A stretch of 64,000 nt of DNA, taken from positions 153-64,152 of the forward strand of contig CAILVF010000075.1 in NCBI GenBank assembly GCA_903837605.1, written 5' to 3'. Position 1 is the stretch's first letter. Every line of letters begins with the position of its first letter. The notes under the pieces were generated by a model. That model did no database searches and was not told where the DNA came from. It worked only from the letters and a program-made list of their open reading frames with translations. The position numbers and the translations under genes were made by a program. Origin of the DNA: an uncultured Bacteroidales bacterium. Lineage in GTDB: Bacteria; Bacteroidota; Bacteroidia; Bacteroidales; FEN-979. Shown one piece after another: positions 56,201 through 64,000 of this stretch.

Positions 56201-59047
56201 ATGAAAAGGCTTTTAAGTTCCTTCCTAACCCTTCTCCTGGTCATTTTTGTATTCAGGCCGGCCTCGGGCCAGGTTATTGTGACGATCCCGCTATACCCCA
56301 CCGATCTTGATTCATGCACCGTTATTTTTGATGCTTCGAAAGGCAGTGCAGGGCTTTATAACGTTTCGCCTCCCATTTATGCCCATACGGGGGTCATAAC
56401 CAACCTGAGCACTTCCCCTGCGGATTGGAAATATGTTATTGCCGCCTGGAGCGAGAATATTCCAAAGGCAAAGATGACGCCATTGGGGAACAACCTTTAC
56501 AGTATTAAACTGCTGCCCAGCATCAGGGCATTTTATGGTGTTCCTGCAGGGGAATCTATTTTAAAGCTGGCTTTTGTGTTCAGGAATTCCGACGGTTCAA
56601 AAACAGGCAAGGAAGCAAACGGCGGGGATATTTTCGCCAACGTTTATCCTACTATTACAAGTGTAAAGATCAACCTGCCACAGAATAAAAACCTCTTCCT
56701 TTCGGCCGGGGATCCGATTCCGGTCGATGCCACCAGCCCCCTTGCCAATTCCATGAAACTGTTCCTTAACGGAACTCTCATTAAAAACATTTCCGGCCAT
56801 GAGATCACCGACACCGTGATTGCCGATAATTTCGGGCATAACTGGACCAAATACTGGGTTAAAGTGCTTGCTATAAATGACACTGCCGCTGCAGCAGATT
56901 CATTCTGTTATACAGTTATACCTTCGCCTTCGGTAGCAGCTTTGCCTGCAGGCATTAAACCGGGTATTAATTACCAGGATTCGACCCATGCAGTGCTTTG
57001 CCTTTATGCACCTGGGAAAAACTCTTGTTTCGCAATCGGAGATTTCACAAACTGGGAGCAGGATTCAATCCATTACATGTTTAAAACACCCGATGGAAAC
57101 AATTTCTGGGTACAGCTCAGCAACCTTGTCCCCCGCAGGGAATATGTCTTTCAATACCTGGTCGACGGGACCATCAGGATCGGAGATCCTTTTGCTGATA
57201 AGGTCAGCGACCCTAATGATCAGTATATAGATGAAGCGACCTATCCGGGGCTTATCCCATATCCCACGGGAAAAACTACCGGTATCGCCACGGTCTTGCA
57301 AACATCTCAAACCCCTTACCCCTGGTCATCATCGGCTTTTACGCCGCCGGCCGTTACCGACCTTGTGATCTACGAACTGCTTATCAGGGATTTTACTGCG
57401 GCCCACACCTACCTTTCCCTCATTGATACGCTTAATTACCTTAAGAATCTCGGGATCAACGCCATCGAGCTGATGCCGGTCATGGAATTTGAAGGCAACA
57501 TCAGTTGGGGGTACAATCCAAATTACTCCTTTGCCGTTGACAAATACTACGGACCGAAAAATACCCTGAAGCAGTTTGTGGAGGCAGCTCATTCGAAGGG
57601 AATGGCCGTGATCCTCGATATCGTTTGCAATCATCATTTCGGCTCCTCACCACTGGTACAGCTGTACTGGGATGATCAGAACCAGAGGCCTGCCGCAAAC
57701 AGCCCGTGGTTCAACCCTATTCCGAAACATCCGTATAATGTGGGTATGGATTTCAACCATGACCTCCCGGCAACCCGGTCATATATGCTTCGGCTTGTAA
57801 AATACTGGCTTCAGGAATACCATGCCGACGGCTACCGTTTCGACATGTCGAAAGGGTTTACCCAGGTAAATTCATATCCTGATAATGTGACCCTTTGGGG
57901 TCAGTACGACCAGAACCGTATAAACATCCTGAATACATATGCCGATACTGTTTGGTCGGTTAATCCCGCCGCATATATGATCCTTGAACATTTTGCCGAC
58001 AACAGCGAGGAAAAAGTCCTGGCCAATGCAGGCTTGATGCCCTGGGGAAACGGCAATAACAGTTATAATAACGCCTCCGGCGGATGGATCAGCGGAAGTT
58101 CTTCCGACTTGAATTGGGGCTCATATATAAACCGGAACTGGAACCAGCCAAACCTGGTATGGTATATGGAAAGCCATGATGAAGAGCGCCAGATGTATAA
58201 AGATTACAGTGCCGGCAACAGCAGCAAACCGCCTTATAACCCAAAAGATACTGCAACTGCCCTTCAGAGGGGCTCCCTTTGCGCTACTTTCTTCCTGAGC
58301 ATCCCCGGTCCTAAAATGATATGGCAGTTCGGCGAACTGGGCTACGATTACTCCATTAACTATCCTTCGGGGACATCCGCTTCAAGGCTTGACCCCAAAC
58401 CCGTCAGGTGGGATTATTATACCCAGTGGGGGAGAAAATATTTATATAATGTATACCGTTCCCTGATTGAATTGAAAAAGAACCTTCCCGTGTTCAGGAC
58501 CAGCACCTTCACAATGGATGCTTTGGGACCTGCAAAAAGGATTGTCCTTACCGATCCGTCAATGGACGCCCTTGTGATTGGGAATTTTGACGTTATTGAC
58601 AGGAATGTCATTCCGAATTTCACCAAAACAGGGATGTGGTATGAATATTACAAAGGAGACTCCCTTTCGGTAACCGATGTTGCAGCCCCCCTCGCATTTA
58701 CAGCCGGGGAATACAGGCTTTATACAACAGTGAGGCTGCCAAAACCTGTTTTCACTGGAATAGACACGCCCGGGAGTGATTTGAAGGCAACCTGCCGCAT
58801 CAGGGTGTTCCCGAATCCTTCCGACGGCCCCCTGTATTTCGAACTTCTGAACGATAAACCGGTAAATGCCAGTCTTTATGTTTATGACCTGGGCGGAAGA
58901 CCATGCGGAACCGTTTTTGAAGGCAGGCTTGACCAGGGACTGCAGGTTCTCGATTGGGCACCGGCCGGCAAACTGAAACCCGGCATTTACTTCTATAAAC
59001 TGGTTTCAGCCGAAGGTTCCTGTAGCGGAAAAATAATAATCCTTTAA
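56201..59047 (+). CDS. cell-surface/secreted GH13 alpha-amylase/pullulanase-like enzyme with N-terminal binding modules, CBM48-like module and T9SS C-terminal domain
   Basis: A signal peptide is present. The CBM48-like block is FAIGDFTNWEQD...FWVQLSNLVPRREYVFQYLVDG. GH13 regions are VILDIVCNHHFG, HADGYRFDMSKGF, YMILEHF and YMESHDEERQ. The C-terminus VFPNPSDGPLYFEL...GIYFYKLV is a Por tail. Confidence 0.85.
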   Translation: MKRLLSSFLTLLLVIFVFRPASGQVIVTIPLYPTDLDSCTVIFDASKGSAGLYNVSPPIYAHTGVITNLSTSPADWKYVIAAWSENIPKAKMTPLGNNLYSIKLLPSIRAFYGVPAGESILKLAFVFRNSDGSKTGKEANGGDIFANVYPTITSVKINLPQNKNLFLSAGDPIPVDATSPLANSMKLFLNGTLIKNISGHEITDTVIADNFGHNWTKYWVKVLAINDTAAAADSFCYTVIPSPSVAALPAGIKPGINYQDSTHAVLCLYAPGKNSCFAIGDFTNWEQDSIHYMFKTPDGNNFWVQLSNLVPRREYVFQYLVDGTIRIGDPFADKVSDPNDQYIDEATYPGLIPYPTGKTTGIATVLQTSQTPYPWSSSAFTPPAVTDLVIYELLIRDFTAAHTYLSLIDTLNYLKNLGINAIELMPVMEFEGNISWGYNPNYSFAVDKYYGPKNTLKQFVEAAHSKGMAVILDIVCNHHFGSSPLVQLYWDDQNQRPAANSPWFNPIPKHPYNVGMDFNHDLPATRSYMLRLVKYWLQEYHADGYRFDMSKGFTQVNSYPDNVTLWGQYDQNRINILNTYADTVWSVNPAAYMILEHFADNSEEKVLANAGLMPWGNGNNSYNNASGGWISGSSSDLNWGSYINRNWNQPNLVWYMESHDEERQMYKDYSAGNSSKPPYNPKDTATALQRGSLCATFFLSIPGPKMIWQFGELGYDYSINYPSGTSASRLDPKPVRWDYYTQWGRKYLYNVYRSLIELKKNLPVFRTSTFTMDALGPAKRIVLTDPSMDALVIGNFDVIDRNVIPNFTKTGMWYEYYKGDSLSVTDVAAPLAFTAGEYRLYTTVRLPKPVFTGIDTPGSDLKATCRIRVFPNPSDGPLYFELLNDKPVNASLYVYDLGGRPCGTVFEGRLDQGLQVLDWAPAGKLKPGIYFYKLVSAEGSCSGKIIIL

Positions 59048-59100
59048 GACCTTTACTTCAGAGCAGAGACTAAATCAGGACTGCAAGCGTTAATTTTCTA

Positions 59101-59108
59101 TATCTTTG
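59101..59108 (+). promoter_or_regulatory. -7 box (TATCTTTG) for gene 59132..60727
   Basis: Exact TAnnTTTG match 23 nt upstream of the ATG. Confidence 0.45.
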
Positions 59109-59131
59109 CACCGCAATCCGCATTACCTGAA

Positions 59132-60727
59132 ATGAAAAAATCAATTGTATTATTCTGTACTTCCCTGATCCTGCTCTGCGGCATGTCGTCCTTCCAAAAG
59201 GTCTTTGCCGCTGCCGATACTGTTTTTGTACTCTCTATGGAGATTAATATGACCAAAGCGGTGAGAAGCGGAATCTTCAACCCATCCCTGGATCATGTTT
59301 ATGCAGTGTTTGACACGGGGATCTCAGATCAGCAACTTGTAAACTCAGGCGACAATATATTCACCCTGATGCTCGTCCAGGGCCTCGATTCAGGCGCCGT
59401 ATACCATTTCAGGTTCAGGATTAACAATTTCCTTACAGAGACCGTTGACAGGCAGATCCTCATAGGGCAGGGTGTTAATTATTATAATTGCTGGTGGAAT
59501 AACGATTACCTGAATTATACCTGGTTCCAGGTCGATATGAGCTACATGGTGCAACAGCATGCTTTCAGACCCGATACGGATTTTGTTGACATTGCAGGAA
59601 CCATGAACAATTTCCAGGGCTCCCCTCCACTTACACGCATAGGTTCCGGCTACGTCTATCAAACTATGTACAATATCGACCCCGGCACAGTCTCTGCCTT
59701 TAAATTCAGGATCAACGGAGATACAACCAAAGCCGAGCTTAAAGGTCAGTTAAGCCGGTTCCTGCTGGCACCCGACAGCGTTATCCATCCGCTTTACTGG
59801 TTCAATAATTATAATCCGTCAAAAGTTCCGATGACTTTCTACTGCAACATGAAATATATGACCAGGGCCGGGCATTTCAACCGTTCGGCTGACCATGTTG
59901 ACGTTGCCGGCTCCTTCAATGGGAACGGTGCATACGATATTCTTTATGATAATAACAGGGACACTATTTATTCTGCAACCATACTTATTGACACCGGCTT
60001 TTGTAATCTGCCCCCGTTAAGTTTCAAATATCGGATCAACAGCTCATGGGAGACTGCCGAACTCCATGGCGAACCTTTCCGCAATTATATTCTCCATGAT
60101 ACTGCCTCGGGACGGAACATTGACAGTTCCTGGTTCAACAACTGGGATCCCACGAAGGAAACAAGGCCATTTGCCACGAACGTTACCATACAGGGCAATT
60201 ACGTTTTCAAACAGGTTGTTACCGGGGTGTATTCTTATGAAAATATTAACGGTATCAAAGAAGGGGAAAGCACTTACCAATGGTACCGCAGCGCCGACTC
60301 CCTGGGCATCAGCATAACCCCTATCGATACTGCAACGAAGATTACTTTTACCGTCGACACTACCTGCATTCATAAGTGGCTGGTTTTTGAAGTTACTCCA
60401 ATTGCTGTAAGCGGGGATTCGGCAATAGGAGACCCATACAGGGTCATCACAAAATCATCGGTAGGCTATGTCGGGATTTCGGAACAGAACAAGTTTATTT
60501 CACTCGTTTATCCAAACCCCAGCAGCGGGAATATAGTGGTTCAGGGGCTGTCGGCTATCACGAAGATTGAACTCTACGACCTTACCGGCAGGCTTGTTTT
60601 CATTGCTGACGATTTGAACTCGCAGCAACCCCGGGTCAATCCGTCATCACTAATGCCGGGCATATATCTCCTTAAAGCCAGCGGCCGGAATAATGAAACT
60701 GGCTGGGCCAGGATTATCAGGCAATGA
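59132..60727 (+). CDS. T9SS-secreted protein with three tandem CBM-like modules plus an Ig-like module (putative glucan-binding protein)
   Basis: A signal peptide is present. Three modules of about 105 aa share the pattern D-x-V-x-x-AG-x-x-N ... FKFRIN/FKYRIN ... AEL-x-G ... WFNN. The C-terminus LVYPNPSSGNIVVQG...GIYLLKA is a Por tail. Confidence 0.6.
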   Translation: MKKSIVLFCTSLILLCGMSSFQKVFAAADTVFVLSMEINMTKAVRSGIFNPSLDHVYAVFDTGISDQQLVNSGDNIFTLMLVQGLDSGAVYHFRFRINNFLTETVDRQILIGQGVNYYNCWWNNDYLNYTWFQVDMSYMVQQHAFRPDTDFVDIAGTMNNFQGSPPLTRIGSGYVYQTMYNIDPGTVSAFKFRINGDTTKAELKGQLSRFLLAPDSVIHPLYWFNNYNPSKVPMTFYCNMKYMTRAGHFNRSADHVDVAGSFNGNGAYDILYDNNRDTIYSATILIDTGFCNLPPLSFKYRINSSWETAELHGEPFRNYILHDTASGRNIDSSWFNNWDPTKETRPFATNVTIQGNYVFKQVVTGVYSYENINGIKEGESTYQWYRSADSLGISITPIDTATKITFTVDTTCIHKWLVFEVTPIAVSGDSAIGDPYRVITKSSVGYVGISEQNKFISLVYPNPSSGNIVVQGLSAITKIELYDLTGRLVFIADDLNSQQPRVNPSSLMPGIYLLKASGRNNETGWARIIRQ

Positions 60728-60728
60728 C

Positions 60729-60752
60729 GGGATGCGGGATGCGGGATACGGG
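60729..60752 (+). repeat. GGGATGC heptamer run = canonical G-quadruplex motif (G3N4G3N4G3N4G3)
   Basis: gggatgcgggatgcgggatacggg starts 2 nt after the stop codon at 60725-60727. It lies in the 62-nt gap between convergent genes. Confidence 0.7.
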
Positions 60753-60789
60753 AAAAATCACTATTCTTTTGCCCTCATTCAAGAATAAA

Positions 60790-61530
60790 TCATTCTTTCA
60801 TTAAAAAATCAAGGGCCGCTCCTTCCTCGTATTCGGCGGGTGATTGAGAGTGCCTGAATACCCTCAGGTTACGGTTCCCTTTCAGTTCGATTTTACCTCC
60901 TTCTATCCAGAAAAGACATCCTTCGCGTAAACCAACCACAATGCTGTTCCTGTTAACGGCCAGGAATTCCAGAATTCTTTGTTCCCTTGTTTCCCCTGCA
61001 TGCCCCTGGGGGTTTGCATCCAGGTAGTGAGGGTTGATCTGGAAAGGGACAAGATCAAGGCAATTAAACGATTCGGGTTCAGCGATAGGCATATCGTTGG
61101 TGGTTTTCATTGTGGGGCATGCGATATTGGCCCCGGCGCTCCATCCTATATAAGGAGTCCCCTGCCTGACCTGTTCTTTTATTGAGTGCATGATCCCTGT
61201 TTCGTGCATCAGTTTTAACAAATGAAAGGTATTACCTCCCCCGACGACTATGCATTCGGCTTTTTTAACAGCCGCTCTTGGGTCGGATGAATGATGTATT
61301 GAGACCAGTTCTACGCCGAAGCCGGTAAATATGCCTCTCACCCTTTCTTCATAGACATTATAAGAACTCAATACGCTTTCTGTGCTCAGGTTTACCCCGG
61401 CGTAAGGGATGAAAAGAACCGAGCGGACCGAGAATTTCCTCAGGAAATTGTCTATATACGGCCTGGGCCAGCCGAGATATTCTTCCCCGGCATTGGTCGA
61501 GTTGCTCAAAAGTAAAAGATTTCTGTGCAT
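60790..61530 (-). CDS. pepE: dipeptidase E (alpha-aspartyl dipeptidase, peptidase S51)
   Basis: Similarity to E. coli PepE runs along the whole length: LLLLSNST, VGGGNTFHLLK, YIGWSAGANIACPT..TTNDMPI, FQINPHY and HAGETREQRI. Confidence 0.9.
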   Translation of the reverse strand: MHRNLLLLSNSTNAGEEYLGWPRPYIDNFLRKFSVRSVLFIPYAGVNLSTESVLSSYNVYEERVRGIFTGFGVELVSIHHSSDPRAAVKKAECIVVGGGNTFHLLKLMHETGIMHSIKEQVRQGTPYIGWSAGANIACPTMKTTNDMPIAEPESFNCLDLVPFQINPHYLDANPQGHAGETREQRILEFLAVNRNSIVVGLREGCLFWIEGGKIELKGNRNLRVFRHSQSPAEYEEGAALDFLMKE

Positions 61531-61563
61531 TTCGGGAGGTTTAAAGAGTAAAGATAATTGAAT

Positions 61564-64000
61564 TTATTTAAGCTGCTTCCGGGAACCTGTTTTCCACTCC
61601 TGTATATAAACCTCCGTAAACCGGTTCATCCATGAATTTGATGCGGAATAGCGGCGAACTATGTTTTGAGGGTCGGCATTGCCATATGAAAGTTTATCCT
61701 TCACTGCAAGTAAGCGCGCAACTTTCTCCTGGCAGGAGACAGACTGCTCGCCGGCCATGCCCTGAATATGTAAAAGCATCAGGTAGCGCAATGCTTCAAC
61801 AGGTTCGTTAACAGCACAATAATAATCCAGCGCCTGTATAGAAATGAAAAGATTGGATTTGCCTGTAACATAATCGTACACTGAAGTCAGAGGCAGGCCA
61901 AAATGATCTATACGCTTCATGGAATAAAATTTCTCGTTGGCTGCAAGAGCCTCTAATCCTGTTTCATAATCCCCGGCAGCCATGGACCTGATTACTTCAT
62001 CCAGTTTATTCATGTATTCAGCGGCATCACTGTACCTGGCCAATGTATCTTTCAAGGCTGTTACATCCAGGTTGCAGGACGTCATATGCCCGGCCAGGTA
62101 TATTGCGTTTTGAAGTATACCCGCACCGCGGCTGTAATTGTGAAGCGCAAAGCATCGCCCGGCCCTGATGCTTAAAACAACCAGGCTATCCTGAACCAGT
62201 TCACAGGCATGGTTATTCATCTTTGAACGGTATGCCGAAAGCGCTTTAAGAATGTCAGGATCATTCCCGAGGCCCTTGCTTTTTGCCGTTTCAGCGGCCA
62301 GTAGCATGAAACTGCCGGCCGAATCTGGTTTGTCACCCCACACCAGGCGCTGTTCCTGGGATATCCTGTCGAGAAGCCATTGTTTGTATGATTGCCGGTA
62401 AGTTGAATCGGCAATTTGATCTGCAGGAACCTGAAATTCAGCCGATATTTTTCCCGCCTGTTCAAACTGCAATATTGCCCTTGCAAACTGCCGGTGTTGA
62501 AAATAGGCCGTCGCAAGGGCATTGATCTTTCGAACCCTGATGGCAGCGACAGAAGGTGCCAGGGAATCCAGAACCGCCACATGCCTGCTCCCGGGATTAA
62601 GGTCCTTTGTCATCGCGTCTGCCCTGTCGAAATAAGCCAGTGCGCTGTCGCCTGAGCCCGATTTCAATTCCTTCAGGCTCTTTGCCGCGAGAGAGATAAT
62701 CATACCCATAACAGCCTTTCCCTTTTGAAGCCTGATCTCAGGAGCAAGCACCTCCAGTGATTTTCCTGTATACGTTTGCTCACAGCTTTTCAGGCATTCG
62801 AAAGCCTCCGGATAATTTCCGGCTTCCAGAAGGCTGTTGCAATGGTCGAGCTGCCCGATAAAGATTGCCCGGTAAACTTTGCGGTAAACCGAATCGGAAG
62901 TGACATACAAAGGGTATACCTCCCTGTATTTCTCGGCTTGCTGCAGGTATTCCATGGCAAAACTGACATTCCCCCCATCCAGGCTGCTTGAGGCAATTCC
63001 CGTATAGGCATTGTAGACCCCGTTTACAGCGTCAGACATCATATGCTCCCATCCATTATGATTCCTGAGAAAGGGGTTTGCCTCAGCCATGCTGTGTGCA
63101 TTTTCCATCAGCATGACTGCATCCGAATATTTCATCTCCGTAATCAATTCTTTCGCTTTCCTGCGGTAGGCCTGCATCAGGTTTTCGGAACCCCATGACA
63201 GGAGAGTGTCGCCGCGGGAATCAGGGAACACACGGATCAGCACCGACTTTATAAAACCGGTATCATTCCCAAAAACGGATTTTGAGAAATATGTGGTAAG
63301 GTAGTCCTTATATATCCTGCCCTGAATATTGTCCATCAGGGAGCTTAGCCTGATGAACCTCATCAGCCTTCCGATAAAATAGTCGGAGATACTGTCGGGC
63401 GACGAACAATCCTTGATGACTCCTGATCTTTCAAGGGTTTCAGACAGGTTGAACATGCATGTCCTCGACATTTTGAATAAGGAAAGGTGTTTTTCCAGAA
63501 GGTGTTTAGGATCACCCCCTGTCAGGATAAGGGTACTCCCGAAATCCCGTTCCTTGATAAGCTCAATCATCCTGACAAGTTCCGAGAGCCTTATAAAATT
63601 CAGGGGTATAAGGCGGGGATCGGTCATATCCCAATGCTGGACTTCAGCATCAAGGCTGTCGATCATTGCAGAAGATGCATAATAATCATCGATCAGGTTC
63701 TTCCTGTTATAAAATTGTCTCCAGCATGATTCTGAATATGAAAAGGAAAAATCACCTGTGATCAGGGTATCAACAGCTGTATCCATAGTAAGTTCAGGTA
63801 GCCTGAATACAAGTTTGCCTGAAACGGAGGGGTATTCCCCCGTAAATTCCCGTATAGTGTAATTTCCGGTATCGAGTTTAGTGGATAATTTCAGTTTGAA
63901 CCTGAGATCTTCTGGCGCGAGTACTTCTGCGATCGGGAATGAACGGTACTGCAGGTATCCCGAAAGACTGAAATCCGAGAGTGTGAGGATGGCCTGGTAT
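61564..64000 (-). CDS. large helical-repeat (TPR-like) protein of unknown function; ORF continues past the right edge
   Basis: The ORF track starts at the ATG at 63786. The same frame stays open upstream to base 64000 (...YQAILTLSDFSLSGYLQYRSFPIAEVLAPEDLRFKLKLSTKLDTGNYTIREFTGEYPSVSGKLVFRLPELT-MDTAV...). The protein is therefore probably longer than 810 aa, with a beta-rich N-terminal part. Confidence 0.6.
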   Translation of the reverse strand, partial: YQAILTLSDFSLSGYLQYRSFPIAEVLAPEDLRFKLKLSTKLDTGNYTIREFTGEYPSVSGKLVFRLPELTMDTAVDTLITGDFSFSYSESCWRQFYNRKNLIDDYYASSAMIDSLDAEVQHWDMTDPRLIPLNFIRLSELVRMIELIKERDFGSTLILTGGDPKHLLEKHLSLFKMSRTCMFNLSETLERSGVIKDCSSPDSISDYFIGRLMRFIRLSSLMDNIQGRIYKDYLTTYFSKSVFGNDTGFIKSVLIRVFPDSRGDTLLSWGSENLMQAYRRKAKELITEMKYSDAVMLMENAHSMAEANPFLRNHNGWEHMMSDAVNGVYNAYTGIASSSLDGGNVSFAMEYLQQAEKYREVYPLYVTSDSVYRKVYRAIFIGQLDHCNSLLEAGNYPEAFECLKSCEQTYTGKSLEVLAPEIRLQKGKAVMGMIISLAAKSLKELKSGSGDSALAYFDRADAMTKDLNPGSRHVAVLDSLAPSVAAIRVRKINALATAYFQHRQFARAILQFEQAGKISAEFQVPADQIADSTYRQSYKQWLLDRISQEQRLVWGDKPDSAGSFMLLAAETAKSKGLGNDPDILKALSAYRSKMNNHACELVQDSLVVLSIRAGRCFALHNYSRGAGILQNAIYLAGHMTSCNLDVTALKDTLARYSDAAEYMNKLDEVIRSMAAGDYETGLEALAANEKFYSMKRIDHFGLPLTSVYDYVTGKSNLFISIQALDYYCAVNEPVEALRYLMLLHIQGMAGEQSVSCQEKVARLLAVKDKLSYGNADPQNIVRRYSASNSWMNRFTEVYIQEWKTGSRKQLK

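Overview
The window looks like a Bacteroidota chromosome. It has SusC/SusD pairs, four proteins with T9SS C-terminal sorting domains, lipoprotein signals, and TAnnTTTG -7 promoter boxes about 20-60 nt upstream of many start codons. It splits into three parts. (1) Bases 1-9135 are a visibly AT-richer accessory island, all on the minus strand. It holds a two-gene module (GNAT acetyltransferase plus a small orphan protein) bracketed by an integron attC-like palindrome and a matching 17-bp core sequence. Next comes a 420-bp non-coding stretch with four phased ATTGCGTTTATT repeats. The rest is a phage tail-fibre/receptor-binding gene block: a glycine-rich protein, three ORFs sharing an N-terminal anchor motif, and two large structural proteins. 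That block is cut off at its 5' end inside a gene, right against a strong hairpin. No integrase, recombinase, capsid or terminase gene is in the window. (2) Bases 9146-29677 are ordinary-looking genes: an exported DUF62-like lipoprotein, an Rh-type ammonium channel, a phosphoesterase, an acyl-CoA ligase, an Asp-box propeller, an isochorismatase, a TonB-dependent receptor, a 1952-aa T9SS adhesin-like protein with 14 tandem Ig/PKD-like modules, DUF3078, and a hybrid sensor kinase. (3) Bases 29766-60727 are a very large alpha-glucan utilisation locus. A 12-gene plus-strand operon (glgB-like GH13_8, two SLC45-like MFS permeases, an apparently inactive S9 peptidase homologue, malQ, four further GH13 enzymes, a GH127-like enzyme, two esterases) converges on susC-susD-susE/F at a bidirectional terminator. 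It is followed by a T9SS-secreted GH13 and a T9SS protein with three CBM-like modules. I rate two observations highest: the integron-like cassette architecture abutting the orphan tail-fibre block, and a SusD homologue carrying a ~200-aa insertion homologous to the neighbouring SusE/F starch-binding domains. All product calls rest on motif recognition by eye; no database search was run. I found no recognisable defence system, CRISPR array, tRNA or rRNA.
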